The position numbers and the translations under genes were made by a program. Source: Chrysomallon squamiferum (Eukaryota > Animalia > Mollusca). From it: a stretch of DNA of 64,000 nucleotides. Shown one piece after another: positions 19,701 through 32,534 of the stretch. Position 1 is the stretch's first letter; each line of letters begins with the position of its first letter. Below the pieces are notes generated by a model. The model saw nothing but the letters and a program-made list of their open reading frames with translations. It searched no databases and had not been told where the DNA came from. The stretch covers positions 6,386,001-6,450,000 of the forward strand of contig CM022675.1 of assembly GCA_012295275.1 (NCBI GenBank), in the 5' to 3' direction.

Positions 19701-22272
19701 TTTTTTAAATCTCTATTATGGCTAAACAAAAAATATTATACCCAGGAAACCTTTATATGTGAACTTTATGCATACATGTAGGCCTACAATGTCTTACTTG
19801 ATGATCAAGAGAGATGGTGATTCCTAGCATCCAGAATTGATCATTCAGGTTTTAGTTAATCAGATGTTAATGGCTGAAAAGGTGTTATTTTCATGTATGT
19901 GCATTTTTTAAATCTATATTGTGGCTAAACAAAAAATATTACACCCAGGAAACTTTTATATGTTTTAGTTAACATGTGGGAGATTAAATTTCAACAAAGG
20001 TCATCTCAAGATCATGTGATCCACACGGTCAGTTTCAAGGTCATAGCAAAGGTCAAAAGGTCAAGGTACTCCAGTATTTTCCAAACTAAACAAAAATGGC
20101 AGATTTGGTATCCTTGTCATTTTGCCTTTCTAACAATACCAATTTTATGAAGATTGGCCCAGTAGTTCCTGAGATGTGAGGGTTCTAAGGTTGGTGGCCA
20201 CACCCATTTTTGGCAAAAATCTCAAAATTCGGTGGGCCGTATCTCCCACACCACTGGTCTGATTGAGCTAAAATTTCAGATTTGGTGCTGTGGGATCCCA
20301 GTCAACAAGTATACCAAGTTTCATAAAAATCTGAGACGGTCGGGTTTAAACCATTGGGTGATTTGACACGGAATGACCCTTTAACACTTTTTTAAAAATC
20401 TGCAGGAACTCTGCAAAATGCATTCCTTAGTATGTAAGAAACATTCTAAAAACTGAGCATTGAGGTTACAGCTAGAACAGGAAAAAGATCAATCAGAATC
20501 CCAAGACAGACTGAAACTGTAACATTTATCAAACAAGCAAGTCGATACACTAAAATAATTATTTTAATTTTTTAATTTTTAACTGACTAAACCTTAAAGA
20601 CAACAACAATAAATATTTAATTTCAAAAACTGTAAAATGTTTTCTATTTCTCAAAGCTGACATTGGTTACACTGAGCACCATACTTGAATATGTAAGAGA
20701 AATTTTGTCTTCGATCAGTGCCTAATCTATGGTCAAACTGGGCTTTTCAAGTAATTAATTTATTTCACAACTTCAGTTTGACTTTTAGTGTATTATACTA
20801 CTAATCATGAAAACATATTGCATTCAGTGTGAAAGCATAGGTGCATGATAGGAATAATGTGTATGTATCTCTAGGATAATTCATTTACTGAAGAATTAAA
20901 CTTAATTTGATTTGCCTTAAATATACATTTAATTCTTCTTTTTTTTCTTTTTTTAACTACTACAAATACTTATTCTGTTTTTTGTTTTATTATTATTATT
21001 ATCATTATTGTGTTATTATTATCGTTGTTGTGGTTATTAATATTATTGTTATTATTAACTTTATTCTTTTGTTATTATTTTATTTGTTGTGGGTTTTTGG
21101 GGGACAGTGATGACTTTTTTTGTCTTTCTTTTATGTGTTGCTTATTTCTTCTTATTTTGAGGGGTTTTCTTGGCAGGGGGTTGTAATTTGTTTTTTGTTG
21201 TTCATTTTCTTTTTTCCCCTTATCACTGAACTGGAACACAAAATGCTCTGAATATGGTAAACAACATCCCACACACTGGCTAGTATACCTAAGCAAAGTT
21301 TTAAAGAAAACTTTCTGTTTACCTACATTATGATAAACAGCACTTTTCACTCGACCCATCTTGTGCAAATGATCACAGAAAGATGCTGCACTGCTTGCTG
21401 AATCTGTTACCACAACGATGAAACGATTGGCCTCTGACTTTCGTTTCTGCAACATCTGACTATATGTCTGCCAACCTCCGGTAAAACCGGATTCTCGTTC
21501 TGTTTCATAATATGGCACTGAGGCTGAAATAAAACGAAGACACATAAAATATAATTTATATATATGGACGTATGTATGAATGTATGAATGTGTGTGCGTG
21601 TGCCTGTGCTTGCGTGTGTGCGTGCATGTGTGTTAGTTGTATTGCATCTATGATCTTAAGACTGGTCGTATTTACTCATGTGACATTTGCCACATTAATA
21701 TTTTTAGTAACAAATAAATAAAATAATTTAAATTAAAAAGCATTTAAGATTATATTTAATTAATAAATTATTTTCTATAATTATATATATATATAAACTT
21801 ATTAATATATAGGTTTTAAAATCAGTATTAAACCAAAATGGCAATATTAACATTTTAACAGTGTAAACATTATGATTACGTCACATTCGTGATTACCCTT
21901 TTATTTGACCTCAAAGTGTCAAAGCAAAAGGAAAAAAGGACTCCCGTGACTTCAGCTTGGAAGCTTTCGTTTTGAATGTAATCATAATGATCATAGGCCA
22001 GAGAAAAATATTATCTCAACACCACATGAAACCTTTTACTATTTTAGTATTTAATATTTTATTTAATATTTAGAATTAGTTTTACGAATAAGCATAATCA
22101 AATTAAATAATGTATCATTACCTGGAGAATAAATTTTATTTATATTTATGCTCTTCTTTGTCCATTGACCAGCCGATAATAATGACGAGGATGTTATCGT
22201 GCATTTTTGACATAAGAACATTATTTGTCTCAAGCCTCGAATTTGTAACATGCCCATCATGGGCGCCGCCAT
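11683..22272 (-). CDS. MTPAP: Mitochondrial poly(A) polymerase (non-canonical PAP/TENT family)
   Basis: Exons 22272-22122 (MAAPMMGMLQIRGLRQ…, presequence-like), 21523-~21327 (donor ambiguous), 17273-17076, 16585-16376 ([18 protein letters not shown]/DxD motif), 15148-14952 (ARVPIVKF…CDLS), 14326-14106 (DPRVKPMVAVVKQWA), 13282-13208, 12200-11683 (LYIENPL…NLAKNVS, PAP-associated). Phases are compatible. Confidence 0.9.
14740..14985. repeat. ~52-bp tandem repeat copying the 3' end and donor of MTPAP exon 5
   Basis: AAATTCACCAGTTTT..ATACTCAAATCACAGTTAACACATTAATTATGCT repeated 3-4 times; the last unit is the true exon end. Confidence 0.8.
16620..16742. repeat. (AG)n microsatellite
   Basis: Dinucleotide run just upstream of the MTPAP exon 4 acceptor (pyrimidine-rich on the transcript strand). 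Confidence 0.95.
17519..20379. mobile_element. Non-autonomous DNA transposon with ~630-bp terminal inverted repeats, Sola2-like
   Basis: Termini GGGTCATTCCGTGTCAAATCACCCA … TGGGTGATTTGACACGGAATGACCC. Near-identical TIRs at 17519-~18150 and ~19755-20379. TTTA on both sides (17515-17518, 20380-20383) is a 4-bp TSD. Internal decayed ORF (CCDPLNRH…LVPGDKLCCDC). GRG/CYC ends, long TIRs and 4-bp TSD fit Sola2; the superfamily call is less certain than the element. Confidence 0.85.
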
Positions 22273-22928
22273 TTTCAAATATATTCTCTAACACTGTTTC
22301 GTATATCATTAGGTTATTTTTAATTTTTGCAAAAAAACATTTGCTAAAAAAAATATAAAAATAAAATTTAGCTTTTAATTTCTGAAATGATACTGAACAA
22401 AACGCTTAGTTTGGTATTAAACATTCATATTTTACAGGGGAATGCATCATTGAGAGAGTATCCATCAAGGGACGTAATTCTCGATAATAAAGAAAGTGAA
22501 ATAGGAAGGTGTTTCGCAGACGGTTATAGTTCTATTTTGTGCATCTGACCATGTCAATAAGTAACAACGCGATCAGGGTGATAACAGTAAATTTTTGTCA
22601 TTGATTTTGTTTTAATTAATTTTTGCATTGAAATATGTATCAAAAATAATTGAATATCTTCAACTAAAATATTTAAAATATATTTTAAAAAACATCATTT
22701 ATTTTATAATTTAAACACTATATCAAACACATCTCATATTAGTTTCATCTGAAATTATTGCAAACAAAATATCTAAATCTTTTGCATAGCCAAATATAGT
22801 TTTTGTTCACATGACTTATCTGTGTATAATCTTAATGAGTTAACATTTTCACTTGCATATATAATAATATTGTCCTAAATAATAACAATTTTGAATTATC
22901 AAGAAAAATATATTTACAGTATTATGTT

Positions 22929-23005
<77 letters not shown>

Positions 23006-23132
23006 TTACAATACTATACAGTAATCGTGCTCAGTATTTAACTTTTAACTATTTAAAATTACATACTGATACTATTATACAGTTTACTCAATAACAGTTT
23101 ATCTATATATATAAATATATATATTTGTATAG

Positions 23133-23187
<55 letters not shown>

Positions 23188-23270
23188 AAAAAAAAATTCT
23201 TTCTTTCTTTCTTTCCAGTTCAGGCAAAAATAAAATGGTTATTCTGTTGTAATATAGACTGAATTTCAAA
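22273..23270. promoter_or_regulatory. Putative bidirectional promoter and 5' UTR region between MTPAP and TUT1
   Basis: Divergent start codons ~1 kb apart. An acceptor-like site at ~23218 suggests a non-coding TUT1 exon 1 nearer MTPAP. TSSs are not determinable from sequence. Confidence 0.55.
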
Positions 23271-26200
23271 ATGGTTGTCCACTGCAATATATGCAAAGTT
23301 GAATGTTCAACAGGTATAATTGTTATAACTTTTGCCTCTGTTTATACTACTTTCTTCAACACAACAGAACCATCAGTAAAATCTTTTAAGTGTGTCTTTA
23401 ACTAAAACTTTCCTTCCTTCCACCACTTTTATATTTTTGTGTTTTATAATCATAAACTATTGGATTTTTTTAAAATTGTGTTTAAGAAGACACAAGAATA
23501 TATGTTTCAAAATCCAAAATTAACTTTTTATTTATTTTTGATCATTTTATTACTTTTTATTTTTTATTTATTTAAATTCTTTTTTTGCCTCTTATTTTTA
23601 TTCAGTTTTTTATAAATTATGATTATATACTTTACAGAGCTATGTTATTATTACAACTTCTATTCTATTAATTTCTAAAAAAAACCATAAAAATTAGAAA
23701 GTTATCAAACTTTAATATTTCATGCATGACATCTAATATTAATTATTTTTCTTTCTTTGATTTTTTATTCTCAAGAGCATTCGTACCAGAACCATGTCCG
23801 TGGCAGAAAACACCAGAAGGTTCTGTCAGAGTTCGAGGAAAGAAAACAACAAGCCAAGTGCAGTTTGTTCGTTCGAGGATTTCCCAGACAGACAACCGAG
23901 GAAGAGATACGGGAATACTTTTCCCGATTCGGTGACGTTGTTCACATCGTGGTCGAAGACAAACGGGTGTGTGAATGAACAAAAAACTGATTTAATCTGT
24001 TACGGATAGTTCATTAAAACTAGGTTTTCATTCTCTTCTCTACTGAGATTCATGTATCCATCTGATAGCACAAGTTTTCAATTGTGGTAAAAGCAGAGCT
24101 ATATCATCATGCTTTTCAAAATTAAAAATATGGAAAGCTGAGAAAAATGGATGCAGATTGTATTTAAAATTAATAAAAATATTTCAGAATTTTATTACGT
24201 AATTATTACCACCTATATGTCATTTATTAACACAAATATTGTGAAAGTATTTTTTACAGAATCATTGCAGTAATAATAACACTATTTCAGGATCTCTTTG
24301 CTTTTGTTGAATTTTCGGGAGTCGAGGCGCCTGTTAAGGCAATCAGACAGAAGCGCCACTTCATTGGTTCCCATCGAGTAATGGTCAAACAGAGAATTTT
24401 CAAAGAGAGCTCTTTCAGACCTCGCAAGTGTCAGATGTCAATGAAGAAGGGTACAAAGGGAGACAAATCAAACACATCAAAAGAGATAGAAGATCCCATA
24501 AATCCTCTGAGTGTTAACTGTGCTCTTTCTGGTTCAGTCACTGTGAGTTATCTTATCTTGAATTTATTTTTTTTATTTTTTTGTTTAGTTAGGTTTAGTG
24601 TATATTATATTGCAAAACAAAAACAATGAAGTATGTTCTTTATTTTTGTGTTTCAATTAATTATTTAAAAAATTTGCTTCATTTAGTTCTTTATTTACTT
24701 CTTTTTTTTATTTATTTATTTATTTATATATTTATTTATTAAATTTAGACTTTTTGTTCTCTACTTTGGAGGAATTTTTTTTTTACTAATTTACCGTTTT
24801 TTACTTTTTTTTAATTATTATTTTTATTGTAGATTGGTAAAATACTTCATGTTCTTAAAACGGTTTAAGTATTTATTCAATTTCTTTTTCTGTGAAAAAT
24901 ATAAAATTATATTCTAAATTTACAACCAAAACAGAAACAACAAACGAAGCACACTTGTTACAGTTTAACATGCATTCTATGAGTGTATTAAAATTGTTTT
25001 TAAAAAATAAAATAATATGAATATGAATTGAATTGTTTTGTAGGTTTTAGAACAAATGGAACATCTTTGCATATTTATTAGAATGACAGAAGAAGAAATT
25101 AGGAAGAAACGAGAACTCTGTTCAATGCTTGAAGGAATCTTGTCCAAATTTTTCCCAGGTAATTACAGATACAGTATTCCTGAAAAATAATTTACAGAAT
25201 AAGTTATAATTTAACTTGAAATAACTTCAGAAAATAGTTGTTTGTTTCCCTTATAATAATATCTGCAAAAATAAAAAATAAATTATAAAAAAAAAAAAAA
25301 AAATTTTTTGTCTGATATTAACTGCTAGGAAAAACAATTGTTTTCTGTTTATGATGTCTATTAAAATGTCTTGATAGGTTTTCCAAAACACCCAATATAT
25401 TTTTAATCTATTTTGGAGAAAATAAGAAATTATTTATTTAAAGAAAACATATTTGTCTTTTATCTGGATAAATTTAATTTCATGCTTACAATGATTCTGT
25501 AGTCGTTTTCATACAATCAGTTTCATGTTTGGACTTGATACAGTAAATTTTCTGTACTTCTTTCTGTTTTTTTTTGTTTTTTTTTTATTTTTTATTTTTG
25601 TTTTTTGGTAGGGTGCTCTGTCCATCAGTTTGGTTCATCAGTGAATGGGTTTGGAGTCCGAGCCTGCGATGCAGACATTTTTCTAAACCTCAGAGAAACA
25701 GAAGATAAACTTTTGGATCAAGTAATTACCAATTTTTTAAATGTTTAATTAAAATTAGAGACAGTTTTCTTCTTTTTTTTTTCTTTTTTTTTTTAAATGT
25801 ACTTATAAGCTTTTCAATCAAGTAGTTACTAATTTTGAACATTTTATATATAGATAAACCTTTTATATATGTGTGTGTGTGTGTGTATTTTTTTGTTTTA
25901 ATGTACTTCTTTTTTATTCATTTTTTTAATTTATGATAATATCCTTTTAAAAAAAGTTTTATATAATTTGAGCTGAAGACTGCATTATATATATATTTAT
26001 ATATATATATATCTTTTAAAATTACCACATATGGTGCCTTAAAGATTATAAATAACAAATTATAAATATTTATTTTGTGATTTAGTTATAACTTATATAT
26101 ATATAAATATTTTATTTATTTATTATTTTTAGTTTCTTTTTAATAATTTAAGCACGAGTCTGTCAAACTGCCATACACCCGGGACATTAAAACCCTGAAA

Positions 26201-28102
26201 AAAAATTATGGCCCCCTAACCAGTACTGACCTTGAGCCTCTGACCCTGTATGACAAAGTCAAGCTTGTGTCAAGGATACTGAATGAGAATGCTCCAGGAT
26301 GTAACAATATGATAGCCATTCCCAGTGCCAGATGTCCAGTTGTTCGTTTTGTTTACGAACCTACTGACATTAAGTGTGATATTTCAGTGAACAACAGGTA
26401 TGTGTATAAGAAAAATACATATGTTATTGCATTGATAAAATGAAAAGACTGCACCATATTGTCTGCAAAGCAGAGACTAAGTGAAGTAGAGTTAATTAAT
26501 TAATTACATGGTGACATTCAAATTACATTACTAATAATAATGTGAGGAGGCAAACAGTTATTCACCTGATTGGAAATCAGTCTCATCTACAAATAAAACA
26601 AATATTTTCTTCTTAATTGATAATGTGAACCAGTCAGTGAGTAACTAAGTGAGTGACTAAGTGAGTAAAAAACTGAGTGAGTTGAGTGAGAAAATGCCTT
26701 GCTGTTATTCCTTGGATTATTCACTGATAACAGTTCTCCATGAGCAGGAAAGCACTTAGGGACATGGGTGGAATGGGAAATAGTTGGAATGGTGCCCTGA
26801 ATATGGTTTATCCTGTGACATATCATTTTTACATTTAGTTTCAGTTTACCCCTAATAACCAGAATATCTGATGAGATACATATATTTAAAAAAAAAATTT
26901 ATTATTTTATTTTTTATCTCATTTTCAGAATAGCTCTGAAGAATTCTCAGCTTCTCTGGCTGTTCAGTTGCCTTGACGACCGAGTCCGTCTGCTAGTGTA
27001 CACAGTTCGCTACTGGGCTAAGATGAAGGACATTGCAGGCAGTGGAACCAGGTTATCAAACTACGCCTTGACCTTCACAGTGATCTACTTCTTACAGAAC
27101 ACAAACCCACCCGTTCTTCCTACAGTCGAATACCTCGCATCCTTGGTCCCAGGTTTGGTTTGCTGATTTTTTTTAAAACGTATTTTACATTTTTGTTAGA
27201 TTTAAAGTGATTCAGGTTTAAAGATTTAATGTTATACAAACATTTCTGTTTTAGCCATTGCTGAATATCTAAACTGTTTTCTTTTTTTCTTTTTCTTTTT
27301 TTTTTTCATTATTTTAAGTAATATTTAATTTTAGATTAGCAAACTTATATATTTTTTTTAATTTATGGATTTTTTAATTTATTTATTTATTTATTTATTT
27401 TAAATTTTACTTTTTATAATTTTTTTTAATATTGTCACTTATTATTTCTTCTATATATTTTTTTTTAACAGTATTTACATTATTTATATTAATTCCTTTT
27501 TATATCTTGTTCTGTTATTCATCTTGTTTTCATGGTACATTTTGTGAACATAAACCAGGAAACCCCCAGTAATTAATGTATTTCTAACACTTGAAACCTT
27601 TCAATAGATATTATTAATTTTACTGAAAAAAAAAATGAATGTAAATGCACAACACATTCTAAAATGTGCTAATAGATTTTAATTTTTGATTTGCCAGCAG
27701 ATGCACAAGATGTCATAAATGACTGGAACTGTGCCTTCATGTGTGACATCAGTAAAATTCCACCGTCATCAAACACTGACACAGCAGGTACAAAATCAGG
27801 TCTATTTTCTCATTCTTAGAATTAAAACTGATTTTTGATGTTTTAATGTTGATTGTAATCAATGATACAGTCATTTTGTTTGAACTTATCTTGTTGGTAC
27901 TGGGTAATAGTCAGCCATTTTGATTCCTCACTGTTAACTTGACATTGATGCATGTTCATTTAGTTTTTTCTATAATATGTATTTGTGTGTATAATACTAA
28001 TACTAAACTGGTTTTTAAAATGAAAAATATGTAATAAAGTTTATATATGCAATTCAAAGCTGGTAAAATTATTCATGTTTTTTTTTATACTGTGAAACGG
28101 GG

Positions 28103-28134
<32 letters not shown>

Positions 28135-30996
28135 TCCAATAATTGATGCTAAAATATCCATTAGTGTCTTGATAAAATCAATTTTCAAACTTGTTATTGT
28201 AATTCTTTAAGATATTTTGAATAGATTGCTAACTAATTTAATCAAGATATGTTTGTAAATGTTTTTTTTAATAACAATTATTTATGTTTTGTCTTTTATT
28301 TAACTTATTTTTTATTTATTTATTTATTTATTTTTATTTTTATTTTTATTTTTGTTAATACTATATGTTTGTAAAAAATTTTAAACACCACCACCTTTTA
28401 TATTTTTTAAAACAGTATTTTTTTTAGTATAGAAATATTTTATTTTAAATGTCAATTATTGTAAATTTGATTTGTTTAAATATAAATTATTCTATATTTC
28501 TAATTTTTTTATTCATTACAGATGAATTGTTGAAGAAATATTTTGAATTTTACTCGGACAAAGAGTTCAGTACGACTGTTTTCCAAACTCGAACAGCTCA
28601 GGCTAAATCTGTCTCAGAATTTCTGTCAGAATACGAAACTCAAGGATTTAAGTCATTCAAGGTTTTCTTTTCTTTTTTATTTAATTAATCATGATAGAAG
28701 TAATACATCAGTGTTAGAAATTAAATTATTTGGTATAAAATGTAACAGCTTATGCAGATAAAGAATCAGATAATTAATGTCTTAACTGCAAACCTACTAT
28801 ATATTTAAAATAAATAATGTTTATTTTTATATATTCTATTTAAATGTTACTGTTGTTTTTTAAATCACCATCACTCAGTATAGAAATTAAGTTTATTGGT
28901 GTAAAAGAAAGCAGTTTATAGAAATATAATCTTGGATAATTAATGTCTTATTTCTCAACCATTATATAATCTAAAATAAATGGTGAATTTTTATTTTACA
29001 ATAAATCTTTAATATTAATGTGGATTATTTGTTTTGTTGGGTTTTTTCTGTAACTTTTTAAAATATTTGGGTGGTGTTTTTTTTTTTTTTTTTTTTTCAC
29101 ATTTGTTAAATCATAAAGCAAAAAAAGTTTTCATTTTATTTAACAGATTGGGCCCATTTCCATCCAGGATCCATTTGTTCTTGACCACAACATCACAGGC
29201 AACGTCAACAACGAGAGGAAAATGAAGATTTCGCTCGAATTCGCAGTCGCGGCATGCAAAGCCTTGAAGTGGCCAAAACACAAGTGCAGGAAACGGGCGA
29301 CGTCAACTTCGGCATCTTGGACCTGTTGTCGGACAGAATCCCACCGGAAGTTGTCAGCAGATACAACACCCCAGAAGTTGACAAACACACCTTCCAGATC
29401 GCCTGGAAGGACAGCTACCTGCTGAGGAAGATGCCGGCCTCCGACAAACATCACCAGATCGAGACTCGCCTCGACTGGTGCAGACGTGTGATGGAATTCA
29501 CTGCATATGTTTTGTCCGATGTGCTGTTTGTCAGCGTGGAGCCTGTGGTGCTGGCAGCCGAGGCAGGGAAAGAATGCAACGAAGTCCAGATGGATGCCGA
29601 AGTGACAGAACAGAGAGGAAACCCGACTTGTGAAAATCCCTTCGTCGTCAAGGAGACGTCGTCACCTTCGTGTGGGAGAAATTCGGAGACGAGCAGCACA
29701 GATCCCGCGGCGAGGAAAAGACATTCGACGTCGTCGAGTGACGAAACGGGGGGTGTCAAGAAGTGTTGCTATGACAGCCAGGATGAGTCGGAGGAGGATA
29801 CGGAGGAGAGTTCGGCGAAGGTGAAAACGAACAAAGTCGAGATTCTTGACGAAAGTGCTAACAACGTCGTGTTTCACCCGGAAAATGAAGTGAACGAAAA
29901 CAACAACCTGGAAGATAACATGAAGATGGAAACTGAAAGCCGGTGCGCTCTGGTTGAGACTCAGTTTCTGGCGCCACAGTCAAAGACAGACAGAGTGCAA
30001 GACTTCCCAGAGAGGATGGAAACTGAGAGTCAGTGTGAAGGTCTGGACAAAGACTCCAGGCAGGACAGAGACAGTGGGATGTGTGAGAGTGTGAAAATGG
30101 AAACAGACAGTCAGTGTTGTGTGGTTGAAGCTGAAAGTAAAACAGATCTGAAGTCAGTTCCCGACAGTGAGCCAATGCAGGTGTTAAAAGAAGATGCTGA
30201 CAGAGAGCTTACAGAACATCAGTGCTTCCAAAGAGATGTCCACAGTTTAATGGAAAGCAACCCATTTCAGATATCACCTATGAAAACGAGAAACGGTCAC
30301 AATAACGAACAACTGTCTGAGGCCAACCCAAGGGCTGATGAAGCTGAAAAGAAGAAAGGTGTGAAGCAGCAGAGAAAGAAAAGGTCACCATCGAAAAGTC
30401 CGAAACTTCCAAGAAAAAAGTCACCGGACAAAGAAAAATCGAGGCCCGCGGAACAGCTGAAACCATCGGGAGACGTGGATTCGCTCAAGTGTGAGTTTCT
30501 GTGTAAAGTGCACTGCAACACGTGGCAGGGCAGAAACAAGGTGAAGAAGACGTCGCTGGCTCCTGCAGGCAACAACATCGGCATGACCGTGGAGAAGAAC
30601 GTGTCGCTGAAGATACTCGAGAAGAACGGTTTTTCGAAAAAAGCTCTCGCGGTTTTCAGGTGCAAAATGGATCCAGTCGTTACTCACACACAGAGCATTG
30701 TGCACGTGACACTCATTGCCATGGAGAATCAAAGCGAATGCCATGCGTTCGCTGCGTTCTTCAGGTCCTTTGTGTGCAGGATGTTGGACCGGTACTTGAA
30801 TGCTTTAACACTGAGTGGTCCAGGCTTGAGTTGTGCCAAAGATCCGGTGGAAAGTTTGTGGGCAGATATCAGCTCAAAGACATCTGGAAGCCCAGAACCA
30901 AGCTTGGAAGTGAAGACTGTTGTTAATTCAGAGCCAAGTTGTCTGTCACCCAGTCCTGAAGATAATCCCGAACCCACTTGTTCAAAGTTCAAATAG
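23271..30996 (+). CDS. TUT1: U6 terminal uridylyltransferase / Star-PAP; 1-nt frame discontinuity in terminal exon
   Basis: Exons 23271-23313 ([14 protein letters not shown]) and 23776-23966 (HVRGRKH zinc finger; SLFVRGF RRM), 24291-24542 (FAFVEF), 25044-25158, 25612-25721 ([16 protein letters not shown]), 26153-26397 (ARCPVVRF…CDIS), 26929-27152 (VRYWAK…LSNYAL), 27701-27787, 28522-28661, 29147-30996 ([11 protein letters not shown], then in another frame FGILDLL and the KA1-like [11 protein letters not shown]). ZnF-RRM-NTase-KA1 order is that of TUT1. Confidence 0.9.
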
Positions 30997-31143
30997 CATA
31001 ACCATTTTTTTTTTTTTTTTTTTTATACTTGAAGTTTTGTTTTTAGAATAATAAGAAACAATGTGAATGTTAAAAATAAAACAAGCGTTCAGAATTGATA
31101 CCCTTTTCTTGAAAATTCCAATAGCATAACACATTTTTTTTTA

Positions 31144-31186
<43 letters not shown>

Positions 31187-32503
31187 GAGTTTACTTAATA
31201 TAGATTTAATTTTCAGAGTAATAAAATTTAAAAATAAAACAGTCGTACAAAACTGAAACCAACTTTTTTTCAAAATTCAAATAGTAAAAGACAATCATTT
31301 TTTATATTATTATTATTATTCAATTCAGTAACATAGATTTTATTTTTAGAGAAATAAAAAATGGTTTAAAATTTTAAAATACAAACTTGTTCAAAAATTC
31401 AAATAGTATAAAATACATTTTTTAATATTATTTTGGTTTTAGAATAATAAAAAATGAATTAAAATTAAAAATAAAAGAAACTGATACCAAGATTAACAAA
31501 TAATAAAAACAACAACTTTGGTAGTCATAATTTCTGTATTAAAAATACTCCTTTAAAACATAATTGAATTTTTTTCTTAAAGTATTTCATTATTAATAAT
31601 CAAATTTTTAAAATAATTCCACAAAGATTTCCTCATTTTAAAAGTTAAAAAGTCTGTTTTTCATTATATTTGCCTAATAAAAATAAAAAAAAAATAAAAA
31701 AAGATATAAATGTAATACTATTTTTATTATCATTATTATTATTATTATTATATATTTTTTTAAATCAAAAACCAGATTTCAAATTATGAAAGTAAGTTTT
31801 CTTAAACTACAATTTTTATACTGATGCTGAAAAAAAAATCTTTTTTTCTTTTTGATAATTAAAAAAACAAACAATAATATTTCAGAAAATTATTATTTCC
31901 AACTTGCATATGTTTTGAATAACATTACGAATATAAATGGGTACACTGACAGATACTTTTTTTTTTTAATTTAAATTTAAAAAATATATGTCTCATGCAT
32001 TTAAAAATAACAGCACCAACATCGAATCCATAATTTTCTTTTAAGTTTAAAATCAATGTACTGAAGAACATACTAGTATTTTTGTTATCCATATTTTAAT
32101 ATAAAGTATTTAGATAAACATTAATCATACATTTTGTTTTATAATTTAATCATGCTTTGTATAATTATTTTATTTCATTTTGATTTTTAAAAAAAAAAAA
32201 ACTTTGTTATTCTTTTTTATTGTTATTAATTGCTTACATTTTTGGTTTTGTCAAAGGTGAAAAGATAATTTCTTTTTTTGCACTACAAAATGTGTTGTTT
32301 CATTTTACAAGTTATTGTTAATTTTTTTTTTTTTTAAGTCTTAAATTTTTTTTTTTTTCAAAAATAAAATATATTTGGCTTTAACAAATGAATCATGTAA
32401 TGTCATTTAGTTTTAAAAATTAACTCAAATGATATATATTTTATTATTAATTTTTCATTTGTTTTTGGGGGGGTAATTTTAATTTTTAATATTATTAATT
32501 CTT

Positions 32504-32534
<31 letters not shown>

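Noticed and set aside
17757-19781. ORFs 17757-18068, 18387-18611 and 19461-19781 as host genes
   Set aside because: They lie inside the transposon TIRs or decayed interior.
29140-30992. Several antisense and alternate-frame ORFs over the TUT1 last exon
   Set aside because: Expected shadows of a GC-richer coding exon; no recognisable motifs.
29254-30996. 580-aa ORF as an independent intronless gene
   Set aside because: It carries the FGILDLL and WQGR motifs that continue TUT1, so it is the frame-shifted last exon.
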